Shown here piece after piece: positions 17,301 to 25,778 of a DNA stretch of 32,000 bases (position 1 is the stretch's first letter; each line of letters begins with the position of its first letter). Under the pieces are notes generated by a model. That model saw nothing but the letters and a program-made list of their open reading frames with translations, was not told the origin of the DNA and did not search any database. The DNA is from an uncultured archaeon (GTDB lineage: Archaea; Asgardarchaeota; Lokiarchaeia; Sigyniarchaeales; Promethearchaeaceae): the NCBI GenBank assembly GCA_964426185.1, contig CAYRPF010000005.1, forward strand, positions 38,997-70,996, read 5' to 3'. A program made the translations under genes and the position numbers.

Positions 17301-19397
17301 TTAGGAAAAATCTGCGAAAAATAATTTTTTAATTGAATCTAAGATATTTTCTAGAAATTCTTTTGTAATATCTTTTGCTTCAGAAATTTTTTCGATTTCA
17401 TTTGAGAAAATAACACTTAGTTTATCACGATCATAGAAGAAAACATTCAAATTTTCAGGAAATACCAAAGTAAACAAGAAATAAGCTTGACCTTTTGTCC
17501 TTTTTTCTTTTTGAGTATAATCTTTAATTGTTTGAGTATAAATTAAAGCAAATGTCTTAGGATCAGTAAATAATAAAGGACCAAATAAACCTTGATGGTA
17601 GAGTTGACCTTGGCCGAGTGCAATAGAATACAAACTGCCAACTCTTAAAACATTCGCTTGAATGATTGGATCCGATAAATCTAAACGAGTACTCTCTTGT
17701 ATCATAGGACCTAGGCGTTCATCAATTTTAAAGACAATCATGGCGATTTCATTTAAATAATTTATTGAGATTACGGATTCTCTAAAGGAATATAAAGGAT
17801 CTCTTAATATATTGATCATTCGCTTAAATAGATAGCCTTCTATACTGGAGGAGATGGATTTTGCTGATGGTTTTGTTTCTATTAGGTTATGAATTTCCTC
17901 GCATAAGTGGATATGATATTCAAATGAAAGTTTTTTGGATATTTCAAAAGCGTTTTGTAATTTTTCTAATGCCTTTTTGGGTGTTTCTAAGGCTATAAAA
18001 GATAAAGCCAAAATTTCATAAAGTAGCATTTGGAAGATGTGTTGATTTTTCTTTTTGGCAAGATCTAAAGACTTAAGTGCTAAATTTTGTATATTTTGAA
18101 TTATTTTTTGTTTGGTTTCTGGTTGATTTCGACTAAAATTTGAGTATTGCAGGAGATAATTACGAATTGAAAGAAAATTGAAAATGTTTTGGAAAAGTGT
18201 TTTATTCTTTCTTTGTGCGAGATTAGAACCCTCGCTCAGAAGAAATTCTGCTTCAAAGAAATTCTGATGTTCTATCGCTTTATTTGCTCTAAATTGCAAA
18301 ATTTGCATTTGAATTTGCTTTAAATCGTATTTTTTAGCGAATTTGTCTGCTAATTTAAGATGAGAATAAGCTTGTCTTGTCTCACCAAGTTGATCTTCAA
18401 TATTCGCTAAGAGAATTAGAATTTCTGCATGTTGAATAAAACCTTCAGTATCTTCAATAATAGAAATTGCTTTAATTAATAAATCCTTTGATTTTAAAAA
18501 TTGAGATTTTAATTCCCAAAATTTAGCAAAAAATAACAATGCTTGTGCATACCTGACTGGATCTTCTAATTCTTGATATAACGATATTGCTTGATCTAAT
18601 ATTTTGTTAGCTTCAATAATTCTACCTAATTGTAATAAAATATTCGCTTGCCCAACGTATAAATATGCTCGAGATCTACGATCTTCAATTTTTTGTGCCA
18701 ATTCAATTCCTTTTTGAAAAACTTGCAATGCAGTATCATATTCTCCCATTATTTCTTTGGATTCTGCAATATTATGTAAAATCAAGCATTGCCATTTATG
18801 TAAATCGTTTTCTTCTGCTATTTGAAGAGCTTTTTCAAAATTCTGAAGGGCTAATTCATTATCACCATTTTCCCTTAGAATTAATGCCATATTTGAGATC
18901 AATTGTATTTTTAATTGATAATTTCCTGTAAGATCCAGAGATTCTACTAAAGATAGGTATTTTAATGCTTCAGAATTTTTATTTTGGTGATAGTAAATTG
19001 CCCCCAAAATCATCCCAGTTCTGGCGGCTTTTACGTGTAATCCCAGTTTTTGAAAAATTTCTAAGGCTTTTCTTGCTCTAATTTCGGATTTTTTGAATTC
19101 TCCCATTTCCATTTCGATTAAAGAGATTCCACGTAAAGACTCTCCTTTGAATTCCAAATGATATTTTTTTATGGAGTAATCATATAACTCAAAATAATAT
19201 TTTCTTGCTTCAGAGAACTTCGATTGGTAAAAACAAGCAGATCCAAGCATATTTAAAATTTGAAACCTTTCTGCTTCTTCTTTTGCTATATTTAATAATT
19301 CATTTAACTCTTGCTCAGCTTCACGAGGGTGTTTCATAATTTCTTGCTCTAACTCGTCTAATCGAGATAGTATCTCTGATTTTGAATCCAGTCTCAT
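17301..19397 (-). CDS. TPR-repeat protein with C-terminal longin/uDENN-like domain
   Basis: ~40-aa-periodic TPR units (LGSACFYQSKFSEARKYY, MALILRENGDNELALQNFEKAL, IAESKEIMGEYDTALQVFQKG); last ~145 aa alpha/beta with FKIDERLGP and GQG...GLFGP. Confidence 0.75.
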   Translation of the reverse strand: MRLDSKSEILSRLDELEQEIMKHPREAEQELNELLNIAKEEAERFQILNMLGSACFYQSKFSEARKYYFELYDYSIKKYHLEFKGESLRGISLIEMEMGEFKKSEIRARKALEIFQKLGLHVKAARTGMILGAIYYHQNKNSEALKYLSLVESLDLTGNYQLKIQLISNMALILRENGDNELALQNFEKALQIAEENDLHKWQCLILHNIAESKEIMGEYDTALQVFQKGIELAQKIEDRRSRAYLYVGQANILLQLGRIIEANKILDQAISLYQELEDPVRYAQALLFFAKFWELKSQFLKSKDLLIKAISIIEDTEGFIQHAEILILLANIEDQLGETRQAYSHLKLADKFAKKYDLKQIQMQILQFRANKAIEHQNFFEAEFLLSEGSNLAQRKNKTLFQNIFNFLSIRNYLLQYSNFSRNQPETKQKIIQNIQNLALKSLDLAKKKNQHIFQMLLYEILALSFIALETPKKALEKLQNAFEISKKLSFEYHIHLCEEIHNLIETKPSAKSISSSIEGYLFKRMINILRDPLYSFRESVISINYLNEIAMIVFKIDERLGPMIQESTRLDLSDPIIQANVLRVGSLYSIALGQGQLYHQGLFGPLLFTDPKTFALIYTQTIKDYTQKEKRTKGQAYFLFTLVFPENLNVFFYDRDKLSVIFSNEIEKISEAKDITKEFLENILDSIKKLFFADFS

Positions 19398-19532
19398 AAT
19401 GCTCCCGCGTAAAATTGAATTGTATGCCTACTATTAAGCTCGGTACCATTAATATTTTAGGAATAGTGCGAATTTGATCATATTTTACTTATCTTTTTAA
19501 GTATGAAGCCGACAATAATTATGAGGGTAAAT

Positions 19533-19730
19533 ATGAACTACAAAAATGGTATTATCATTGCAATTATAGGATTAATTGTCTCAATTATCTCTTATCCGAT
19601 TGCACCAGTAATCACCTACTTTTTCGGCTCTTACATGTTATTTTTCTTGGTATTTCTATATTTCACTGATATAAGAAAGAGATATAAGCCAATTGAAGTA
19701 ATTCAATCAAGAACTCTTGAAACTGTCTAA
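19533..19730 (+). CDS. Small 2-TM membrane protein
   Basis: GAGGGT SD before ATG 19533 (track start 19503); two hydrophobic stretches and a basic tail. Confidence 0.6.
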   Translation: MNYKNGIIIAIIGLIVSIISYPIAPVITYFFGSYMLFFLVFLYFTDIRKRYKPIEVIQSRTLETV

Positions 19731-19788
19731 CCTTTATTTCCACTTTCATCTAAATTTATCATCTATTGACCTTAAAAAGTGAATCACT

Positions 19789-19953
19789 ATGAGTAACAAA
19801 GTGCGTTTTACTGCGAAAATTGAAAAATTCACCCCAAATTTGGAAATTCCTTCAGATTCATCTTTTCTTAATTATAAAATTCAAGAGTTTAATCGAATTG
19901 AGATGATCGAACGCATTTATGATGCATTACTTGAAGCAAGGCTTCGAAAATAA
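19789..19953 (+). CDS. Small hypothetical protein, 54 aa (not in ORF track)
   Basis: MSNKVRFTAK...ERIYDALLEARLRK*; AAGTGA SD-like motif; T-tract downstream. Confidence 0.5.
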   Translation: MSNKVRFTAKIEKFTPNLEIPSDSSFLNYKIQEFNRIEMIERIYDALLEARLRK

Positions 19954-20053
19954 TCACTGTATCAATTTTTTTTTTTCTTTTCACAAAATAATGAACACTC
20001 AATCAGCGGTAATCTGATAATTTTAAAGGTAATGTAAATTATTAAACTTAATC

Positions 20054-20356
20054 ATGTCTCAAATCAAATTTAAACAAGAAGAAAAAACAATATTCCTTGG
20101 TGGATTAATTATTGTAGTTCTATTGATTGTAATTTTTGCAATCAACAATTTTCCAGGATATCTCTATTTAATTGTTGGATTATTGGGTATTACCTTGGGG
20201 ATTTTTTATCTGAAATCCCAAGAAAAAGAACAACGATTTGAATGGATCAAAGAATACGTTTATGCCCGTCAACGTGAAGAAAAGAAAAGATCCATGAAAA
20301 ATAAGGATGATACAGATAATTTCATTGAAGAAAAACTTGATTCAAACGAAAAATAG
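20054..20356 (+). CDS. Small 2-TM membrane protein with charged C-terminal tail
   Basis: Two TM helices, then an E/K-rich helix; poly-T directly after the stop. Confidence 0.7.
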   Translation: MSQIKFKQEEKTIFLGGLIIVVLLIVIFAINNFPGYLYLIVGLLGITLGIFYLKSQEKEQRFEWIKEYVYARQREEKKRSMKNKDDTDNFIEEKLDSNEK

Positions 20357-20369
20357 TTTTTTTTTAAAA

Positions 20370-20458
20370 TTCGCCTATCACGGTTCTCGTTTTAACAATA
20401 TATGATTAATAGGTTAGTTCGAATTTTTATATAAAATTAATGAGCCGCCATAGGCGAA
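20370..20458. repeat. Long imperfect inverted repeat between convergent genes
   Basis: TTCGCCTAT (20370-20378)/ATAGGCGAA (20450-20458) perfect; extends inward as CGGTTCTCGTT/AATGAGCCG. Confidence 0.7.
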
Positions 20459-20470
20459 ATTTCTAATTTA

Positions 20471-21289
20471 TTAATTTTTTTCATGAGAAAATAGAAATTC
20501 TATTAACTGAGGCATAAATTTTAATTCATTTTGAAGCCAATCTGGCAAAGATAGATTTTTTTCAATTTTTTTGAAATCTATATGATTTTTCATATATACC
20601 ATGCGAAAAGATTCAATAAAAAGGCTAGTTGCATAAGGTATATAATCTTCTACCTTTTTTCTGCATATATTTAGAAGATTATTTAAAAGTTGATTCAACT
20701 GATGAAAATTTAACTTTGAATTCTCTGTTCGAGATAACTGATTAGAGATTTCATCAAAATAAAGATTATATTGATGCTCTTTTGCGAATTCTCCAATAGT
20801 CATAGTAATCTCTTTTTGAACTTGCTTCATTAATGTCTGGTCTAAGTATTGCCAGATATTTTCAATAGTTTGATTATAAATAGAAATTAGTAATTCTAAA
20901 TCAGTTGGATTCGGCTTGATACTTAAAATTCGTCTAATTTTAAATGTAAAAATCGTCGAATTTAATGGTTTAAATGTAAATTCCTTTGCTCCGTAATACA
21001 ATGCCTTTAAAATTAATCCGCGATGTTCTAATCCTGCTAGAAGGAAAATTTTTATCTGGGGATCAATAGAAATTATTTTTCTTATACCATTACATTTTTT
21101 ATTTCTTTCTAATGAAAGATCATAGATAATAAAACTAAAATGTGTTTTAGAACATTGAGCATAGGTATCCTTCATAGAAGATTTACGATTGATGTTCTTA
21201 AGTCCTGATTTCATTAGAATTTTGGAAATATTTTCTGCTAGTTCGTTTGAACGAGTTATTAGAAGCACATTTTGATCTATCATAATCAT
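20471..21289 (-). CDS. Atypical response-regulator receiver domain protein with helical C-terminal domain
   Basis: VLLI, FIIYDL (phospho-Asp position), KIFLLAG, GAKEFTFKP receiver pattern. Confidence 0.75.
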   Translation of the reverse strand: MIMIDQNVLLITRSNELAENISKILMKSGLKNINRKSSMKDTYAQCSKTHFSFIIYDLSLERNKKCNGIRKIISIDPQIKIFLLAGLEHRGLILKALYYGAKEFTFKPLNSTIFTFKIRRILSIKPNPTDLELLISIYNQTIENIWQYLDQTLMKQVQKEITMTIGEFAKEHQYNLYFDEISNQLSRTENSKLNFHQLNQLLNNLLNICRKKVEDYIPYATSLFIESFRMVYMKNHIDFKKIEKNLSLPDWLQNELKFMPQLIEFLFSHEKN

Positions 21290-21322
21290 CCTTTTTTTTT
21301 TGGTTTCAATCCTATACTTTCC

Positions 21323-22345
21323 CTATTTTATTATAATAATTATAACACCTATAACTATAATTATAACTCCCAAAAAAGATAAACTAGAAATTTTTTCTCG
21401 ATTGATTAAATATGCAATTGGAATAGAAAATAGAGGATTTGCACTCGCTAATAATGACATTATAGTCGCTCCTGTTACTCTAGCCGCTTCAGTGTATAAG
21501 AAAGCACCTAATGAAGTGCCTATTATGGATGCAATGATAAGCAAAAAGTATGATTGCTTCGAAATTGTGCTTAATTTTGGTTTTTCTTTTGGAATTAAGA
21601 TACCGCTAAGGATTAGAAATGCCGCAGGAAACCGAATGACATTTCCCAAAATACTGCTTGATGCTCCAATATTTAATTGATTATTTATTTGATTGGTTGC
21701 ATAATCTATAATTACTAAACCTGCTGCCCACCCTAAGCTGGCAAAAATTGCGAATCCAATTGCCAAAATTGTTTTTTTCGGTGTAATTAACTCTCTTTTT
21801 TTTCCACTATGTAATTTTTTTGATTTTCTTGCTATGATAGTGGTTTTGTTTGAATTTATTGAATCTGGAATAATGGACATTTCTTGAGATTCTTTAATTT
21901 GAGCTTTTGCAATAACAAGGACTCCTGAGGTAATAAATATGAAAGATACAAATATCCACCATTCAAATTTTTGATGCAACACAAGAACTGATAACAGAAA
22001 TGAGAATAAGGGATATGTCATTGAAATTGCTAATGCTTTTGTGGGACCAAGTTCTTTTTGGGCCATAAAATAGCTAGTGTCTCCCAAAACTTGACCAAAA
22101 ACAAAACTTAAGATTAACCATATCCATAATTCTAATGAAAGTGAGAAAATTAGGTGGAAAATTCCAGAATAGGCTGCAATGGCAAAAAAAGTAATCACTC
22201 CAATAAGTGTTCTGAACGTATTAATAAAAAGTGGTGAAGCTTCATGTTCACATTTTCGAAATATTACATTAGATAATACAAAAGAAAGAGTTGCAGCTAA
22301 TGCTATGACTTCACCTGCCATAGGAAGGTTAACAACAGATTGCAT
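21323..22345 (-). CDS. EamA/DMT family transporter
   Basis: ~10 TM, INTFR, GQVLGDTSYF, YPLFSFLLS, NPLFSIPIAYLINREKIS. Confidence 0.9.
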   Translation of the reverse strand: MQSVVNLPMAGEVIALAATLSFVLSNVIFRKCEHEASPLFINTFRTLIGVITFFAIAAYSGIFHLIFSLSLELWIWLILSFVFGQVLGDTSYFMAQKELGPTKALAISMTYPLFSFLLSVLVLHQKFEWWIFVSFIFITSGVLVIAKAQIKESQEMSIIPDSINSNKTTIIARKSKKLHSGKKRELITPKKTILAIGFAIFASLGWAAGLVIIDYATNQINNQLNIGASSSILGNVIRFPAAFLILSGILIPKEKPKLSTISKQSYFLLIIASIIGTSLGAFLYTEAARVTGATIMSLLASANPLFSIPIAYLINREKISSLSFLGVIIIVIGVIIIIIK

Positions 22346-22416
22346 AATTTCTTTTGCTTTCGTGTATATGATTATTTAATAGAATATCTCAACTAATTAA
22401 TAAATAGGGTGATCAA

Positions 22417-22953
22417 ATGATTCGCTGGCTCTTTACAGTTTCATTTATAAATTACATGAAATCCAAATCATGGGAGATTTCAGGAGAAAAGGATGAAAAT
22501 CGAACTATTGCTTCGCCAGTAGCGATAGCAATATTCACAGCCTGTACTTTGGGTTGATCCATGAGTAATTTCTTTCCATTTGAGGTAGCCGGGATGCCAC
22601 TAGAAGAAGCACAAAATGACCCAGGATTAATTCAGGTTGAAACGAGTAACAAACCAGAATGGTTGCAAATATTTGTAGAAAAATCGATAATACCTGATTT
22701 AATCGATCCTATGATCTTGGATTATTCATTGCTAAACGAGGTTGAATTTCCTTTTGTGGTAATAAATCCTCAATTAATAGATGATCTTCAATTCTATGGC
22801 AATGTATCATTAGAGCAGGAATGATCCTTTGATAGAAATTCTTCAATAAATAAGGAAAATCAAAGGGAACGCCAAGCAAATGGATGCTCTTTTTTTTCGA
22901 TTTCGAAATTACAAAATAGAAAAATGCTGATATATTATCCTAATAAGGAATAA
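22417..22953 (+). other. SD-led reading frame interrupted by two in-frame TGA (recoded gene or pseudogene); core ORF 22561-22824
   Basis: GGTGATC SD plus ATG 22417; in-frame TGA at 22555 and 22822; first TAA at 22951; acidic, protein-like core. Confidence 0.4.
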
Positions 22954-22975
22954 AAAAAAGAATCAGGTTAGCAAG

Positions 22976-23824
22976 TTGAAACGAACACGAAAAGAAGAAT
23001 ATCATGAAATTATATCTCAAATACCAGAATTGGAATATCACCCAACTTCACCATTCATCCAAGTGAATAATTTAGTAAAGAATTTTAAATTAGGTGATAC
23101 CCAAATCCAAGCAGTAGATAATATTACCTTGAACATTCATCAGCATGAATATGTAGTTATTGTGGGTGAAAGTGGTGCTGGAAAAACCACATTACTACAT
23201 TTATTGGGTGGGTTAGATAAACCCAGTGCAGGAAAAGTGATCTTGAGCCATATAGATCTTTCTCATTTTGATCAAGAAACTTTGGCCACTTTTCGCATAT
23301 TCACAGTTGGAATCGTGTTTCAAAATTATAATTTAATTTCTTCCTTAACATCTCTTGAAAACATCTTATTCCCAATGCAATTATGTGACTTTACAGTTGA
23401 GGAAAGCCTTAAACGAGCAACTGAATTATTAGAATCTGTTGGTTTAAGTGCCCGTGCAGATCATCTTCCTTTTCAATTAAGTGCAGGAGAGCAGCAAAGA
23501 GTAGCAATTGCTCGGGCATTGGCACTTAATCCGCCTATTATTCTTGCAGATGAACCTACTGCCAATCTGGATAAAACTAATGCAGAATATATTGGACGAC
23601 TTTTTGAAGAACTCCGACAGCAAGGTAAAACCGTAGTATTGATATCTCATGATGAGAAATTAATCAAACATGCTCATCGAAAGCTGGAAATGGCCGAAGG
23701 AAAAATTGTTAAAGATGAAATTCTTCAAGAAATTATTTTCAATGATTCTATCGAAAATTTTGCTACTAATTTAGATGAAAATTCTACCGTAAATTCAGAG
23801 AAAAATTCCGAAGAGGGGATGTGA
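22976..23824 (+). CDS. ABC transporter ATP-binding protein (LolD/MacB-like)
   Basis: GESGAGKT, VFQNYNL, LSAGEQQRVAIARAL, ILADEPTANLD, ISHD. Confidence 0.95.
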   Translation: MKRTRKEEYHEIISQIPELEYHPTSPFIQVNNLVKNFKLGDTQIQAVDNITLNIHQHEYVVIVGESGAGKTTLLHLLGGLDKPSAGKVILSHIDLSHFDQETLATFRIFTVGIVFQNYNLISSLTSLENILFPMQLCDFTVEESLKRATELLESVGLSARADHLPFQLSAGEQQRVAIARALALNPPIILADEPTANLDKTNAEYIGRLFEELRQQGKTVVLISHDEKLIKHAHRKLEMAEGKIVKDEILQEIIFNDSIENFATNLDENSTVNSEKNSEEGM

Positions 23825-25764
23825 TGAGTTATAACTTTGCTTTGAAAGATTTAATGCGACATCCCAAGCAAACTCGCGCCTATATGCGAAATACTATCTC
23901 TATCTTGACATTTTTTTTAACATTTTGGAACTTAATGCGCGGGTTTGGATATCTTCTCATGCCATCATCTATTCAACAATATAATTTCACTATTTATGAA
24001 ATCATCACTCAATTTTATTTCTTTTTATTCATCCTTACCTCAATTCTTGCTGGTCTTCTTTTAATTCTCAATAATCATGCCATTATCCAAGATCGAAAGC
24101 GGGACATTGGAATCATGAAATCAATTGGAACCTATCCTTCTCACTTGTATAGTTTTTATTTAAGCGAATTGTTTATTTTATTTGTAATTTGCTTCTTAGT
24201 GGCATGGTTTTTTGCTTTCATGCTGTATCTCGTTCTTTACTTACTTGTCCATCCCTTTTATCCTATATTTTCTTGGGTATCTGATCCGTCTGTTGCCTTC
24301 ATAAGCTTTTTTGGGTTGATTGTAGCAATCTTCATCTTTAATGGCTGGGAAATTCGAAAAATTGGACGTTCCACTTATGCCGAAACGAAATCTGGAGTTA
24401 TTAAAGCAGGAATTCTGGGTAAATTATCTGCAAAACTCCGTAGTTGGTTGTCAAAACGTTCTGCTGCGGTTAACTTAGCCTTTCGCAACATCCTTCGCAA
24501 GAAACATAAGGTACAACAAACTTTGGCGATAGTAGTTATTGCTAATATCGTAATATTTTCTAGTTTCTTTGGATTACTCATAATTAATTCAACTGGAAGA
24601 AGCTATATTTCCCAAGCCCAAAGCGATTATGTAATTGCAATAGGGAATAATGCCCTTTTAGAAACATATACTCAAGGATATGCCAGTTTCACGAATTCAA
24701 ATATTGAACTTAATTCTGAGATAGATTATCTGCAATCGATGAATAATTTGACTCGTTTTTATGCCAATCTGTCTGAATATCTAAAAAATTATGGAATTAA
24801 TGCTGTAGACAAGCGCTTGTTTACCATTAAAAATATCACCGAAGATCCAGGAGTGGTGTTGCAAAATTTTGTAGATCCCACTACTGGCCTAGAATCGCAA
24901 GAATATGTGTTAATCGGAGGAAATAAATCTCGAACCATTCCCATTCAAGGTGTAAATTTCGGAGAAACGGTTCAAAATTGGTACTATGAAGGTGCTATGC
25001 TCAATTTTGAATATGGAGTAGCCATTGGAGATACTTTAGCAGGTGAAGTTTATACAAATCCTCTTGTACAATGGTTTCTATACTCAAATTCTGCTACAAA
25101 TCGGACCTACCGGCACAAAGTAAATGCAATTGTATTTGACACCTTCAATAGGGGAAATTCTGCCTATCTATACTTAAACACTTTACAAGAAACTCTCGGT
25201 AAGCCGAATTATACCAATCTTTTCTTAGTAGATTACACTTCACTGGTTATAAATTCGGGGGAAGACGCTGTCAATTCATTTATTTTCGAATTAGAAGATC
25301 TAATTCATACTCAATTGGGAGAACAATTTGGATTAGTTGATTTAAGCCCAATTCTTAAACATAATCTGAATTCCCTTCAACCAGTTATAATTACACTTTT
25401 ACTTTTGATTTTAATGATGAGCATGGTAGTGATTTACAATATATTTAACTTTGAAAAAGGGCGGGTTCATGAAGATAAAAAAGACTATGCCATTCTTCTT
25501 GCCATTGGGGCAAAACAAAAGACTTTGCAGAATTCAATTTTCTTAGAACTTGGATATTTGGCAATTTTAGGTGTAGTATTAGGTTTTATTGGAGCTATGT
25601 TCTTTAATATTGTGTTTTTATTAGAAGAATCTACTCGTCCAAGTATATGGATCCCCATATCTGCTGTGGGTGCTCAAATTATCATTCTTTTAGGATTAAT
25701 GGCTGGAATTTCGCGGTTTTTCCAATTCAAAGAACAAAATGATTATCTTGCCATTACCGTATAA
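23821..25764 (+). CDS. ABC transporter permease (FtsX/MacB-like, two permease modules)
   Basis: RKRDIGIMKSIG and DKKDYAILLAIGA motifs, LAFRNILRKK, extracytoplasmic loop; 4-nt overlap with the ATPase gene. Confidence 0.88.
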   Translation: MMSYNFALKDLMRHPKQTRAYMRNTISILTFFLTFWNLMRGFGYLLMPSSIQQYNFTIYEIITQFYFFLFILTSILAGLLLILNNHAIIQDRKRDIGIMKSIGTYPSHLYSFYLSELFILFVICFLVAWFFAFMLYLVLYLLVHPFYPIFSWVSDPSVAFISFFGLIVAIFIFNGWEIRKIGRSTYAETKSGVIKAGILGKLSAKLRSWLSKRSAAVNLAFRNILRKKHKVQQTLAIVVIANIVIFSSFFGLLIINSTGRSYISQAQSDYVIAIGNNALLETYTQGYASFTNSNIELNSEIDYLQSMNNLTRFYANLSEYLKNYGINAVDKRLFTIKNITEDPGVVLQNFVDPTTGLESQEYVLIGGNKSRTIPIQGVNFGETVQNWYYEGAMLNFEYGVAIGDTLAGEVYTNPLVQWFLYSNSATNRTYRHKVNAIVFDTFNRGNSAYLYLNTLQETLGKPNYTNLFLVDYTSLVINSGEDAVNSFIFELEDLIHTQLGEQFGLVDLSPILKHNLNSLQPVIITLLLLILMMSMVVIYNIFNFEKGRVHEDKKDYAILLAIGAKQKTLQNSIFLELGYLAILGVVLGFIGAMFFNIVFLLEESTRPSIWIPISAVGAQIIILLGLMAGISRFFQFKEQNDYLAITV

Positions 25765-25778
25765 AATTTCTTTTTCTT

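Noticed and set aside
17301-22400. Very AT-rich block as a mobile island or prophage
   Set aside because: No integrase, transposase, tRNA target or flanking direct repeats seen; composition shift judged only by eye
22976-23824. LSAGE signature as evidence of an inactive ABC ATPase
   Set aside because: Tolerated variant; Walker A/B, Q-loop, D-loop and H-switch are intact
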